From Limisphaerales bacterium (GTDB lineage Bacteria > Verrucomicrobiota > Verrucomicrobiia > Limisphaerales > SIBE01): 36,443 nucleotides of DNA. The stretch is taken from NCBI GenBank assembly GCA_044225505.1, contig JBGAIN010000079.1, positions 1 through 36,443 on the forward strand, in the 5' to 3' direction. The notes under the pieces were generated by a model. It did no database searches, was not told the DNA's origin, and worked only from the letters and a program-made list of their open reading frames with translations. The translations under genes and the position numbers were made by a program. This document shows positions 19,771-30,166 of this stretch, piece by piece (positions within the stretch are counted from its first letter, which is position 1; the number at the start of each line of letters is the position of its first letter).

Positions 19771-21111
19771 CTACTCCTGAACGGCCTGGGGCAACGGATC
19801 GGAGGCGTTCGCATGCCGCGGCTGAGCAGGCAGGCATTGAGTCCGTAGACTCGCCACGTTGAGCCGACGCCCGCGCAGTGCAATCGTCACTGAGGCGAGC
19901 GCGGCTAATCCGGCCGCAAATAAGAATGTGGCGCGGAGGTCGAAGCCGAAACTGCGAGCCAAGCGGTGCGTTACGGCATTGGCAAAGAGAGGACCAAGGC
20001 CCTGACCGAAAAAGAGCAATAGTGTTTGCGCCGTGGCCCGAACCTCAGGCGCTGCCAGAGCGTTCACCAACAGGCTGACTCCTTGAATATAAAACACCAC
20101 GACTGCCCCCGCGAGCAGATAGCTTCCGGCCAGAATCCACGCGTTGGCAACGAGCCCAAAGAGCAACTGCCGAATCGCCAGGCACAAACATCCCGCCAGA
20201 ATCACAGCGCTGAACTTCCATCGGCGGACCAGCGCCGGCTGCCATTGGAACAAGGCCACCTCAAACAAGACGCCGATCGCCTGCACGGGACCGATCCAAG
20301 GACGCGGCACCCCCGCATCCTGCAGCATTGCAGGTGAATAATAAGTCAGCAACGAGAAGGATCCGGCCATCAGGAACATCGATACCAAGAGCACGACATA
20401 ATTCGGTTCCGTCACCAGAATACGCAGGGCATGACCATAGACATTCTTGCGCACTGGCCCTCGGCGCGCGTGGGGATCCGCTGCATCGGTCCTGGCTCGA
20501 GAACGTGCCCCTGGAGCCGTATGCGGAAGCCACAAACTAACTCCCGCCATCGCGACGCAGCAAGCGATCCCCAGATAGAGAGCGAAATCCAGGTCCGTCC
20601 CCGGATCACGCGCTAGCCAAAGAGAGATGGGCAAGAACGGAAGGGTCCACCCGAGCGATCCCCAGGCACGAAGCCTACCGAATTGCCGGGGTGGATTCGG
20701 GAGATGATGAAAGCTCAGGGCATTAATCAGATACAGAGTCGGATTGAAGCACGCAAAAAAAGCCGTGTAACTCAGCAGCCAACCTGTGAAGTTCCTCTGC
20801 GCTAGGAAAAAACAGAGCGCCAGTCCGGCACCGACGTTCAGCACCGTAAACAATCGGTTCAACGGCAACACCCGGTCCGCCAGCATCCCCCACAGGAACG
20901 GAAAAACGAGCAACGTGGCGGAACAAGAACTGAAAATAAGACTGGTCTGAGCCAGATCCAATCCTCGATCGCGCATCAGAAGCGTAATAAACGGGACCAC
21001 CGCGCCGCCCGCCGCAAACTGCGCCAGCATGCCTAACCGCAAGCAAAGAGGCAGTGCTGCATCGTCAATCCCTGCGCCACGCTGAAGCGTGCCCGACTGA
21101 AGTGGAGTCAT
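19771..21111 (-). CDS. MFS transporter (nucleoside:H+ symporter / MFS_1-like)
   Basis: ~12 TM segments, WGMLADR, FGRLRAWGSLGW, RATAQ motifs. Confidence 0.9.
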   Translation of the reverse strand: MTPLQSGTLQRGAGIDDAALPLCLRLGMLAQFAAGGAVVPFITLLMRDRGLDLAQTSLIFSSCSATLLVFPFLWGMLADRVLPLNRLFTVLNVGAGLALCFFLAQRNFTGWLLSYTAFFACFNPTLYLINALSFHHLPNPPRQFGRLRAWGSLGWTLPFLPISLWLARDPGTDLDFALYLGIACCVAMAGVSLWLPHTAPGARSRARTDAADPHARRGPVRKNVYGHALRILVTEPNYVVLLVSMFLMAGSFSLLTYYSPAMLQDAGVPRPWIGPVQAIGVLFEVALFQWQPALVRRWKFSAVILAGCLCLAIRQLLFGLVANAWILAGSYLLAGAVVVFYIQGVSLLVNALAAPEVRATAQTLLLFFGQGLGPLFANAVTHRLARSFGFDLRATFLFAAGLAALASVTIALRGRRLNVASLRTQCLPAQPRHANASDPLPQAVQE

Positions 21112-21398
21112 GAGTTAAGCACTGACTTGTGGTCCAAGTCGCCGGACCGACTCCACCCGTGAGTAGTCATCGCCACGCCCGGGCTTACAAGAAATCTCTC
21201 CTCGGGGAAAACACCAATGGATCGAGCAAAGCATAGCTCGAGCGAGCAGAACAGAATGCCCTGCCGGGGTCGAGCTTTGCCTCCACTGGGGGTGTGAACC
21301 GTGCGGTGCGGGAAGGAGATAAATCTGCAGGCGGCCTACGAACGGCGGGCTTTAAACGCTATCGACAGCGCGGACGCCCCCGTGCTTCAAAGTAGCTC

Positions 21399-21857
21399 TT
21401 ACGACGCTGACGCTTCTCCGTTCGTTCCCGTCACCGGTGAGCTGGCATCCTTTGGCCTGCTCGAAGTTCCAAAGGACGTGACCGATTTCTTTTTCTTCTT
21501 GGAAGCGAGCGCGACCGGCTTGGAGCTAAGATTGACGGCCGAGGGGGAATTATCTCCCTTGGACGAGGACTTTACGTTTTTCTTCTTTTCCTTCGCAATC
21601 TTCTCCAAGCAACTCTTGAGTGCTTTCTGAGAGTGTTTGGCCTCTTTGATCGCTTTCTTAGCTGCTTTCCTGGCAGATTTGAGGTCGGCCTTTGCCGCTT
21701 TGAAGCCTTTCTTCGCAGCTTTGAGCTTTGCTTTCATAGCGCGAGCTTTGCTTTTGGCAGCATTGGCCTTCTTGTCTGCTGCAAGAGCTTGAGCCGTGGC
21801 CGACTGAAGTTTAGGACTAGACGGAGTTAAAGTGACATTTCCAAGAGGAGTTTTCAT
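21399..21857 (-). CDS. Lys/Ala-rich histone H1-like basic protein (152 aa)
   Basis: From ATG 21857: KKANAAKSKARAMKAKLKAAKKGFKAAKADLKSARKAAKKAIKEAK..., with a Ser/Lys-rich tail. Confidence 0.7.
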   Translation of the reverse strand: MKTPLGNVTLTPSSPKLQSATAQALAADKKANAAKSKARAMKAKLKAAKKGFKAAKADLKSARKAAKKAIKEAKHSQKALKSCLEKIAKEKKKNVKSSSKGDNSPSAVNLSSKPVALASKKKKKSVTSFGTSSRPKDASSPVTGTNGEASAS

Positions 21858-21978
21858 AGACCATTGTCTCACTCGTTCAACTGCCCGAGGCCCATTCACC
21901 GGCACGGATGAAGACGCCAGCGTTACCCAGCCGACACCCATCCGCAGTGTATGGCCGAAATGGGAAACGGAAAGCCTC

Positions 21979-22004
21979 GAATTGTTACAAATTTGTGACA
22001 ATTC
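21979..22004. promoter_or_regulatory. 26-bp AT-rich near-perfect palindrome, candidate operator
   Basis: GAATTGTTACAAA|TTTGTGACAATTC, 12 of 13 pairs complementary, ~120 bp upstream of the H1-like gene. Confidence 0.55.
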
Positions 22005-22040
22005 CGCAGCGCGCCGCGTCCCTCACCGGTCTGGAAACTC

Positions 22041-24698
22041 CTACTTTCTAAGTCGGTAAAACTTCTTGGCGAGAGTCAACGAGACATTGAAGGGACTTAC
22101 CGCTGCGGCCACGCTCGTCCAAGGCCCAATGACCGCGTCGGCTTGCTCGAGTGCCCCCTCTGTCCAGCTTAGGCTCACGCTCGAAGCAGATTTTGCGAAG
22201 GCCAAGCGGGGACGCTCTGCGACGCGACCGATTACCTCCAACTCGGTCATTTGCAGCGCGTAGTCCTGAACCGGATTCTCGAGCGACTCAATCCGAACCC
22301 ACTGGCCCTGAAACTGGCCGGATGGATTCAAGTCTTTGGTTAAGGTAACCATTACGCCCTGCCCCACCCCAGGATTACTTCCGTCTGTGTACAGATCAGC
22401 ACTCCAAACCGTGTCACCGATAACACCTCCATTGTCCTTGTGAACGGAAACGCGGAAATTCGTTAGTCGCTCAGGGCAACAGCTATCTTGTCGCGGGTAA
22501 ATGTCGATGTGATCGATGGTGACTAATTCCCCCATATTGACTTCGTAAGCGAAGCCCGGGGCAATCTGGGCGTCGCCGTGAAAGACTCCTTTTCGGTCGC
22601 CATCGACAAGCCAACTGATGGGCCATCCTGCATACAACGGCCGATTCGAACTCGCGGTTCCCCCTCGGGCATAATTATAGTCGAAGACCAGCGTTGCCGC
22701 TTTGCTTTCGACACTCGTTGCCCCTGGGTAAGAGACAACAACGCTGAATTTGGCGTCTTGATCAGCCGAGACGAGGACAGGTGTCGTATACTTGTCGGCG
22801 TTCGCTCCTGGAATCGCCGTCCCATTACGTTTCCATTGATACGTGAGGAGTTTCGGATCGCCATTCACCACGCTGGCGGTGACGCTAAACGTTGCGACCC
22901 GCCCAGGAGCTCCTAAACCATTCGCCGGTTCCGCATTGATCGCAACCTTTGCCTGCGTCTCGAGCAAAGTGCCAAAGACGACAACCTCGCTCATCTGCAG
23001 CGCATAGTTTTGCACGGGATCTTCTAACGATAGAATGCGAATCCATTGTCCCTGAAATGTCCCCGCGGCGTCCAAATCCTTGGTCACTTTGACAACAATT
23101 CCTGGGCCCGAGCCTGGATTCGAACCGTCGGTGAACAGGTCCGTATGCCATACCGCGTCTCCAATGGCACCGCCATTGTCCTTATGGATGGAAACGCGGA
23201 AATTGGTGAGCCGCTCCGGACAGCAGCCATCTTGACGCGGATAAATCTCGATCGAATCGAAATTCACCGGTGATCGCAAATTGATGTCATAGGCGAAACC
23301 CACCGCGAGATCCGTATTGCCGTGCAGGACGTTAGCTAGATCCCCGTCGACCACCCAAGTGATCGGCCAACCAGCATACAAATCGCGATTCGAAAACGCC
23401 AGAGCGCCCAGCGCATAGTCGATTTTCAACCCGGCCTCTTTTGATGTCACCGGAGCCACTCCGGGATAGGAGGCGATAACTCGGTATTTGTTGTTTGCGT
23501 CGGAGAGCGTGATGGCCGCGGTCGTGAACGTGGCATTGGTTGCGCCGGGCAGATCGACGCCATTAAGTTGCCATTGATAGCTCAAGCGCGCGTTGTCGCC
23601 ATTGATCAAGTTCACCGTCGCGGAATACTTGGCATTCCCGCCCAACCCGACCAAGGCAGAACGTGGATCTTGTGTCAGAACGAGCTTAGTCCCCGCCTCC
23701 GGAACCCCAAACGCCTCGAGTTCGGAAATCTGCAAGGCGTAACTTGAGATAGGGTTTTCCAAGCTGGCAACTCGAATCCACTGTCCTTTGAACTGTCCTG
23801 CTGGATTCAGCGCCGCCTGGATGACATCTTTGGCGCCAGGTTCTGACCCCGGATTGCTCGCATCCGTGTGCAGATCCGCCGTCCACACGGCGTCACCAAT
23901 TGCCCCATTGTTATCCTTATGAATCGATAGCCGATAATTCGTGAGCCGTTCCGCACAGCACCCGTCTTGTCGGGCGATCACATTGATATGATCGAAGGTC
24001 ACCGCGGTTCCGAGATCAATCTCGTAGGAAAATCCTGGATCAATCGTTTCGGTTCCATGGATAAACGAGCCTCGGTCGCCGTCTACCAAAGCACCCGGGA
24101 CTTGCGTCCCAAAGAGCGAACCTTTAACCGCCACACGAGCACCGGCAGCGCGGTTTACTTGCTCCGGCAGCACCGTTGCCAAGACCTCTAGCTCGGTCAT
24201 CTGCAAGGCATAGGCTGGCACGGGATCGGCCAGGGCTAAAACGCGGACCCATCGCGCCGTCTGAGCTGCGGGAAGCGTCACGATCACCAACGAACCAGCG
24301 CTCGATCCGGCGTTCGTCCCATCCGTAAATTTATCTGTCCCCCAGACTTCCGTTCCAATCTTCCCGGTTCCATCGTCATTGTGAACGGAAACATGTATCT
24401 TGCTGAGTCGCTCTGGACAACAGCCGTCCTGGCGCGGATAGATTCGCAGTTCCGTAATCTCATACGGCTTTCCCAAATCGACGGAATAAGCAAACCCTGC
24501 GTCTAGAGTAGCGTCGCCGTGGAAAACGCCACTGCGATCGCCGTCGATCAGTTTCTTAATGTCCCAATTGCCTGGGCCCCAGAGCGGGCCGCTGGCGAAG
24601 GCGGTACCGTTGGGAGCTACATTCGCGGTTTCGGCCATACCGCTAAGTTGGAGCATGCCTGCCGATGCAAGAGCGAGGAGAGTTGCGATATTACGCAT
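22041..24698 (-). CDS. Secreted multidomain protein: 4 F-type lectin (fucolectin/discoidin-fold) domains, 2 Ig-like domains, C-terminal FYRL-type tail
   Basis: Signal peptide from ATG 24698. Four repeats with hhDGD, H-x28-RQD(G/S)CC(P/A)ERL and LQxxExE; two YQW..NG..(L/I)PGA Ig-like segments. Confidence 0.88.
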   Translation of the reverse strand: MRNIATLLALASAGMLQLSGMAETANVAPNGTAFASGPLWGPGNWDIKKLIDGDRSGVFHGDATLDAGFAYSVDLGKPYEITELRIYPRQDGCCPERLSKIHVSVHNDDGTGKIGTEVWGTDKFTDGTNAGSSAGSLVIVTLPAAQTARWVRVLALADPVPAYALQMTELEVLATVLPEQVNRAAGARVAVKGSLFGTQVPGALVDGDRGSFIHGTETIDPGFSYEIDLGTAVTFDHINVIARQDGCCAERLTNYRLSIHKDNNGAIGDAVWTADLHTDASNPGSEPGAKDVIQAALNPAGQFKGQWIRVASLENPISSYALQISELEAFGVPEAGTKLVLTQDPRSALVGLGGNAKYSATVNLINGDNARLSYQWQLNGVDLPGATNATFTTAAITLSDANNKYRVIASYPGVAPVTSKEAGLKIDYALGALAFSNRDLYAGWPITWVVDGDLANVLHGNTDLAVGFAYDINLRSPVNFDSIEIYPRQDGCCPERLTNFRVSIHKDNGGAIGDAVWHTDLFTDGSNPGSGPGIVVKVTKDLDAAGTFQGQWIRILSLEDPVQNYALQMSEVVVFGTLLETQAKVAINAEPANGLGAPGRVATFSVTASVVNGDPKLLTYQWKRNGTAIPGANADKYTTPVLVSADQDAKFSVVVSYPGATSVESKAATLVFDYNYARGGTASSNRPLYAGWPISWLVDGDRKGVFHGDAQIAPGFAYEVNMGELVTIDHIDIYPRQDSCCPERLTNFRVSVHKDNGGVIGDTVWSADLYTDGSNPGVGQGVMVTLTKDLNPSGQFQGQWVRIESLENPVQDYALQMTELEVIGRVAERPRLAFAKSASSVSLSWTEGALEQADAVIGPWTSVAAAVSPFNVSLTLAKKFYRLRK

Positions 24699-24934
24699 AG
24701 AATCCAAGGTCGAATAAACGTTAAGGTCGCCTTTCGAGTCTCAAATCCAACCCCATGGAAAACGAGACTCGCGGATACGTCGGTGAACTGGTTGAAGCGG
24801 ATTTAAGAGACCAAAATCGTGGTTGGCAAGATGAATCACTCTGCCACCAGTAACCGAAGATAATCAGAGTGGCAAATTGTTGCCCGCTTTTCGAATAAGC
24901 GCGGCCACACCGAATCCTACGGCCGGGCCGATGC

Positions 24935-27900
24935 TCAACGTCGAGGCGCTTTGCGGGCGAAGGTCCGGGCGCCAACCCAGCGGGTATTGTATTTCTTCAT
25001 CCACCAGGTTCGCTCCTCGGAGACGGCGAGCGTCTCGGCGTAGCGCTGGTCGTCCATGCCGTGAAATGGCATTGGCTCCACAGTCGTCCCGGCAAGCACA
25101 TGAAAATCGGCGTCCTTGTCCCATCCGACAGAATACAGGAAGTAATCGCGGACATACCCAGCGGGCTTTGGCGGGAGAGTTTTAATGGCGAAAGACAAGG
25201 TCAACTCGTCACCGCCGTTCAGCAGAACCAAGGCATCGTCGCTCTTCGCAACCAGTTCATCGACCGATCCGTAGCGAGTACACCAGCCTTCCGGAGTAAT
25301 CAACCATCGGGGCTGGGAATAGCTTCTGCGATAGTCCGGCGTTAACGGCTCATACCAAGGGCGGTCCTCAAATTCGCTGAATCCACGCCAATGCAAATCA
25401 GTGCCGGTGGGCGCGATGAATTTCGTCAGCGCCGTTGTTTGATCTCCACGGTCGAACAGCGCAATGCGATCCCAGTGGATTTCAAACGCCGCGGTGAGCC
25501 GGAGTCGCTGGGCACCGACCGGGAGTTTGCCTAGCAGATCCACCAAAATCGTTTTTGTTTTGCCGGCGGGAGCGCCCACCTGCACGTCGACTTTGTGCCA
25601 CTGTCCATCCGCTGTCTCCACTTCCAGCGTTGGAAAGGGAAATGGCAAATTCGGATCGTGCGATGCCGCGATATTCGCCGTTCCACCGCCAAAGCGGAGC
25701 CACCCGGTCAGCGCCAGGACGAGCGGACGATCCAAAGCGAGCGACCCAAAATCGAGCGTGACACCATGCGGCTCGGCCAAGCCGCGCAACTGGGGGACGC
25801 GCAGTTTCTGAGGGGAAAGTAATCTGCCATCCGTCTCTCGAACCAAGTCCGTCACATCCAAGCCGTCCAATCGACTTGCCTGACGGAGGGGATAGCGATT
25901 CGCCAAAAGGCGGAGTTCACTTGGTGGGAAGGGTTTTCCGGGAAGCAGTCGATCGGTGGAATGCACCTCGGTCGTCGCTGGATGGTCGACGACCACCAAC
26001 TTGGCTTCGTCCAGATAGAGAACCTCCCTCAACTCTTCCGTGATTTGAAGTTCAATGTGATCGCCGCGCGGCTGAACCATGCCGTCGTTCCCGAGCCAAA
26101 CGAGTTCATCGGGGTCCGCTTCGATCATCCGCCCCTCAGCGACGGGAAGCCCGGCAGGAGATGCGCCCAAGATGTCGGTGACAAATCGAAAGCGCTGTCC
26201 ATCCCAAGTGTACAGATATGGGCACGACCCAGTCGGCAAGAGCAACTCGAGCATGACCAAGGGAGAGCGGGAATCGACTGGCACTTCCGCCGACGGTGCC
26301 GCCACGTCCACCCAATGAATATTGATGGCATCCACCTGCTTCCTCGGGCCGACACCAATTTCAATCGGCAATTCGGAAACCGTGCGAATCGTGCGCCACT
26401 TCCCAGCGGTCACTTCCACACGCACGCCCAACCCGCTGAAATTCGAGCGGTTTCCGACGAGGCGCAGCTTGAGTTGTTGATTGGCATTGCCTCCTTCGTT
26501 GCGCAGCAATTGCAGGCCACGAGCGCCGAGGCTCGCTAGGAAATCGGTGTCTCCATCGTTATCAAAATCCGCGAACACGACTTGATCGACCGTGCCAGAA
26601 ACCAGCTTGTCCAACCCCAATTCAGACGTCATCTCCTTGAATCCCGCTTGCCCGAGATTTCGCCAGACGCGAATCCCATTGCCCCGAGCGCAAATATCCA
26701 GCCACCCATCGTTATCATAATCGACCAAGCTCAACCCACTCACCGCGAAACCACCTGTCGTTAAGGTCAGTGAGTTGGTAATACCGCCAAACCGACATTC
26801 CAAGCCCCGGTCAGTGGCAATGACGACGTCGGTCCGCAAGTCATTGTTGAGATCGCCCATGGCCGCCGCCGTCCCGGCACTCCAATTGGCCGGTGAATTG
26901 GAGCTGGTCAACGTCCCCCCGCGCTGTTTGAGCAGGAGTAACGGGGATTGTCCCTGGCGCACGACCAATAAGTCCATGATGTCGTCGTTATTCCAGTCAT
27001 CGACAATCAATTGCTGGGCGCTCGTCACGGAAGCGGGAACTCCCGAAGTGGCTGTGGTGTCCTTGAAATACATGTTCCCAAGGTTTCGCAGAACGCGGAC
27101 TGTATTCGTCTGCGGCGTCACCAGCAGCAAGTCCAGCTTGCCGGTGAAGTCCAGGTCAACGAGCGCTCCATCGATTCCCGGACAATCCTTCAAGTTCGAA
27201 AAAGCCGTCGCCTCGGTCGCAGCCCCGTTGGTTGCAAATCTAAAGGCTTGCAGGCCCTTATCCCCGACCACGATGACATCTTCGAAACGGTCGTTGTTCA
27301 AGTCCCCCACCAGACAGCGCGAATAGTGTGCGCCCGGCACCGCGGGCAACAAATCCCCTTCCACTTGGAAGGTTGAATTGCTGTTGATCAGCAATCGAAA
27401 TCCGGCATCGCCCTCCGCGACGAAGATGTCGTTTGAGCCTCGATGGTTCACGTCGAGAATGCCAATCGGACCGCGGAACGTCGACGCGCCCTCGCCAAAA
27501 AAACTCCGAGTTGAGTCGGTGAAGCGAACAGAAACGCCGTTGGCTGGAGGTTGCTCGATATCGAACGGCACATGCACTTGGGTATAAACGCAGCGTTCCA
27601 GCGCGGTCACATCCGCGGAATAGTTCGGACGCGCCGCGATCAACTTTTGATACTCGGTCAGGATTTCATTCGCCTGGTCGGTTTGGCCGAGTCGAACTAG
27701 CACCTGGCCGAGGCTATAATGCGAGGCGAGGTAAAGCGGAGCGCTATGATCTTCAAATTGGATCACCTCACGAAATTGTTCGGCAGCTTCATCGAGCTTA
27801 TTCCATCCTTGGAACGCCCGGCCCAATTGAAAGCTAACCGCATTCACCTTCGGGTCGATCTCCTTGCAGACCTGAAGCTCCTGGACAGCTTGTTCGAACT

Positions 27901-28267
27901 GGCTAAGCCGGAGATACGCACAACCCAAAATGTAGTGAGCCGCTGCCGAACCCGGGTCCAGTTGCAGAACTTCTCGAGCTTTCGCCGCCGCTTCTTCAGA
28001 ACGTCCCGCCAGGAGCAATGCATTGGCTACGTTCACCTGGAGGTCAAGCTGGACCGGATCCAAGGCAGATGCTTTGGTAAACGTCTCCAGCGCCTTTAGA
28101 GCATTCCCTGGTCATAGTAGTTCTTGCCAACATTCAGAAGGCGCGTGAACTGGTCAGGCACGCGGGCGAACTTGCCAGTAGCCGAAAAGGAATGCGACAG
28201 CCACCGCGGCAAGAATCGCCGCAAAATAACAGAGTGTCCGCGAAGTCGATGAACGCGAGGGGCTCAA
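24935..28267 (-). CDS. TPR + FG-GAP/VCBS + ASPIC/UnbV (CRTAC1-like) protein; 5' end interrupted by two compensating indels
   Basis: Main ORF 24935-28063 has TPRs, DxDNDGxxD Ca loops, GVRVEV ASPIC segment and GSCPYLY. An in-frame TTG at 28267 gives an N-terminal hydrophobic anchor. Confidence 0.85.
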
Positions 28268-28276
28268 AAACCCACC

Positions 28277-30067
28277 CTACTCTTTCTTGGGCTCTTGCTC
28301 GTCGAAAAGGCCGGGAGCAACCCGATGCACGAGAGCTTTGGCGCGGGCGAGAATCTCAGTGCCAGACTCGCAGCTCAACCCGAATTCCGCGAGGCTTTGT
28401 GCTTCACTAAGCTTTAGGCGCCGGATCAAGAATTTAAGCTGGGGAATAGACGGTGGCGACGCACTGAGTTCGTCGACCCCCAACCCCAATAACAACGGGA
28501 CGTAAACGGGATCCCCTGCCATTTCGCCACAGACGCTCACTCGAATATCCTGACGATGAGCCGAATCTACAGTCGTCTTAATGAGGTTGAGAATCGCAGG
28601 ATGCGCTGGTTCGTACAGGTGAGCGATCTTTTCATTCAGACGGTCCACCGCTAACGTGTATTGAATCAGGTCGTTCGTCCCAATGCTGAAAAACTTGGCC
28701 CGCTTCGCCAAGGCCGTCGCGGTCAACGCCGCCGACGGGATCTCGATCATGGCTCCAACTTCGAGTTCTTCGTTGAAAGGCACTTTCTCAGCGCGCAATT
28801 CAGCCCGGCACTGGTCGAGCAATTCGTTGGCCTTGGTCAACTCATCCAAACAAGAGATCATTGGGTACATGATCTTCACCGCACCGTCGACGCTGGCACG
28901 CAGGATCGCTCGGAGCTGATCGCGGAATAGGTCTCTCTCTTCGAGGCAAAAACGAATGGCGCGCCAGCCCAAAAATGGATTCATCTCTGGTGGCAACTGA
29001 AGGTGCGAGAGGAATTTATCGCCGCCAAGATCCAGAGTCCGAATAACGACCGGATGAGGCTTTAGAGCCGCCGCCACTGTTTTGTATGCCTGGTATTGCT
29101 CTTCTTCGCTCGGAGAAGTGTCGCGATTAATAAAGAGATATTCGGTTCGAAATAGGCCGACGCCGTCCGCCCCGTAAGCAGTGACACTTTCCGTATCGCT
29201 GGCTTGCTCAATATTGGCAGCCAATCGCACTCGGAATCCGTCCAACGTCACGGCTGGCTTGTCGATGACTTCGCGAAGCCGATCTTGTAAGTTAATCCGG
29301 CGGCGAACTAGTTGACCGTATTCAAAAAGAGTTTGATCTGTCGGATTGACCACCAGATAGCCGTTGAACCCATCGAGGAGGACGTAATCCCCGGTGGCCA
29401 GATGGCGACTCGCGTCGTGCAAGCCGACTACAGCCGGAATTTGCAGCGATCTTGCCATGATCGCCGTGTGGGAAGTCGTGCTCCCGATGTCCGTCGCAAA
29501 TCCGAGTACCTTGGTGCGATCGAGCGTTGCGGTCAGCGAAGGCGATAAATCGTAACTGACCAATACGCAGGGCTCCTGCAAATGGCGCAGGTCCATGTCG
29601 TGGGGCCGATTCAGCAAATTGTTCAAGACCCGCGCGGTTACATCCCGCATATCCGACGCCCGCTCACGCAGGTACTCGTCGTCGATCGCCTCGAGAGTCG
29701 TGGCATACTTTTCTGCCACTTGATGAAACGCCTGCTCCACATTGATCTTCTGACGTTCCATCAACCGAGTCACTTCATCGATTAGGGTCCGATCCTCCAA
29801 AACAAGTAAGTGCGCATCAAAGATCCCAGCATCCTCCGCACCCATCGCCTGACCGACTTTCCGCTGCACCTCGAGAATCTGATGCCGAGTTTGGACAAGC
29901 GCCTTCTCCAAGCGTTGCCATTCCCGCGGCAGATCCGCCTCCGCGATGGAATGGGCAGGGAGTGCGGTGCTGCTCTTGCCTAGAACCAGGATCTTGCCTC
30001 GACAAACGCCAGAGGAGACGGGAATTCCCCGTAACACTCGTTCCCCCGCTTTTGAGGAGTCTGGCAT
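28277..30067 (-). CDS. ptsI: Phosphoenolpyruvate-protein phosphotransferase (PTS Enzyme I)
   Basis: Phospho-His motif TSHTAIMAR, GLFRTE, RTLDLGGDK, NPFLGWRAIR, SIGTNDLIQY, CGEMAG. No N-terminal GAF domain. Confidence 0.97.
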   Translation of the reverse strand: MPDSSKAGERVLRGIPVSSGVCRGKILVLGKSSTALPAHSIAEADLPREWQRLEKALVQTRHQILEVQRKVGQAMGAEDAGIFDAHLLVLEDRTLIDEVTRLMERQKINVEQAFHQVAEKYATTLEAIDDEYLRERASDMRDVTARVLNNLLNRPHDMDLRHLQEPCVLVSYDLSPSLTATLDRTKVLGFATDIGSTTSHTAIMARSLQIPAVVGLHDASRHLATGDYVLLDGFNGYLVVNPTDQTLFEYGQLVRRRINLQDRLREVIDKPAVTLDGFRVRLAANIEQASDTESVTAYGADGVGLFRTEYLFINRDTSPSEEEQYQAYKTVAAALKPHPVVIRTLDLGGDKFLSHLQLPPEMNPFLGWRAIRFCLEERDLFRDQLRAILRASVDGAVKIMYPMISCLDELTKANELLDQCRAELRAEKVPFNEELEVGAMIEIPSAALTATALAKRAKFFSIGTNDLIQYTLAVDRLNEKIAHLYEPAHPAILNLIKTTVDSAHRQDIRVSVCGEMAGDPVYVPLLLGLGVDELSASPPSIPQLKFLIRRLKLSEAQSLAEFGLSCESGTEILARAKALVHRVAPGLFDEQEPKKE

Positions 30068-30143
30068 GAAAAATTATTAACCACGATCGCTCCCTTTGAA
30101 AATCAAATTCTTCCCCAGGTGAAGAAATCGCGTGCCCCCGTGG

Positions 30144-30162
30144 CTGGATTAAGCTAATCCAG
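30144..30162. promoter_or_regulatory. Perfect 8-bp inverted repeat in the ptsI/aroK divergent spacer
   Basis: CTGGATTA-AGC-TAATCCAG, ending 4 nt before the aroK GTG. Confidence 0.45.
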
Positions 30163-30166
30163 ACCA

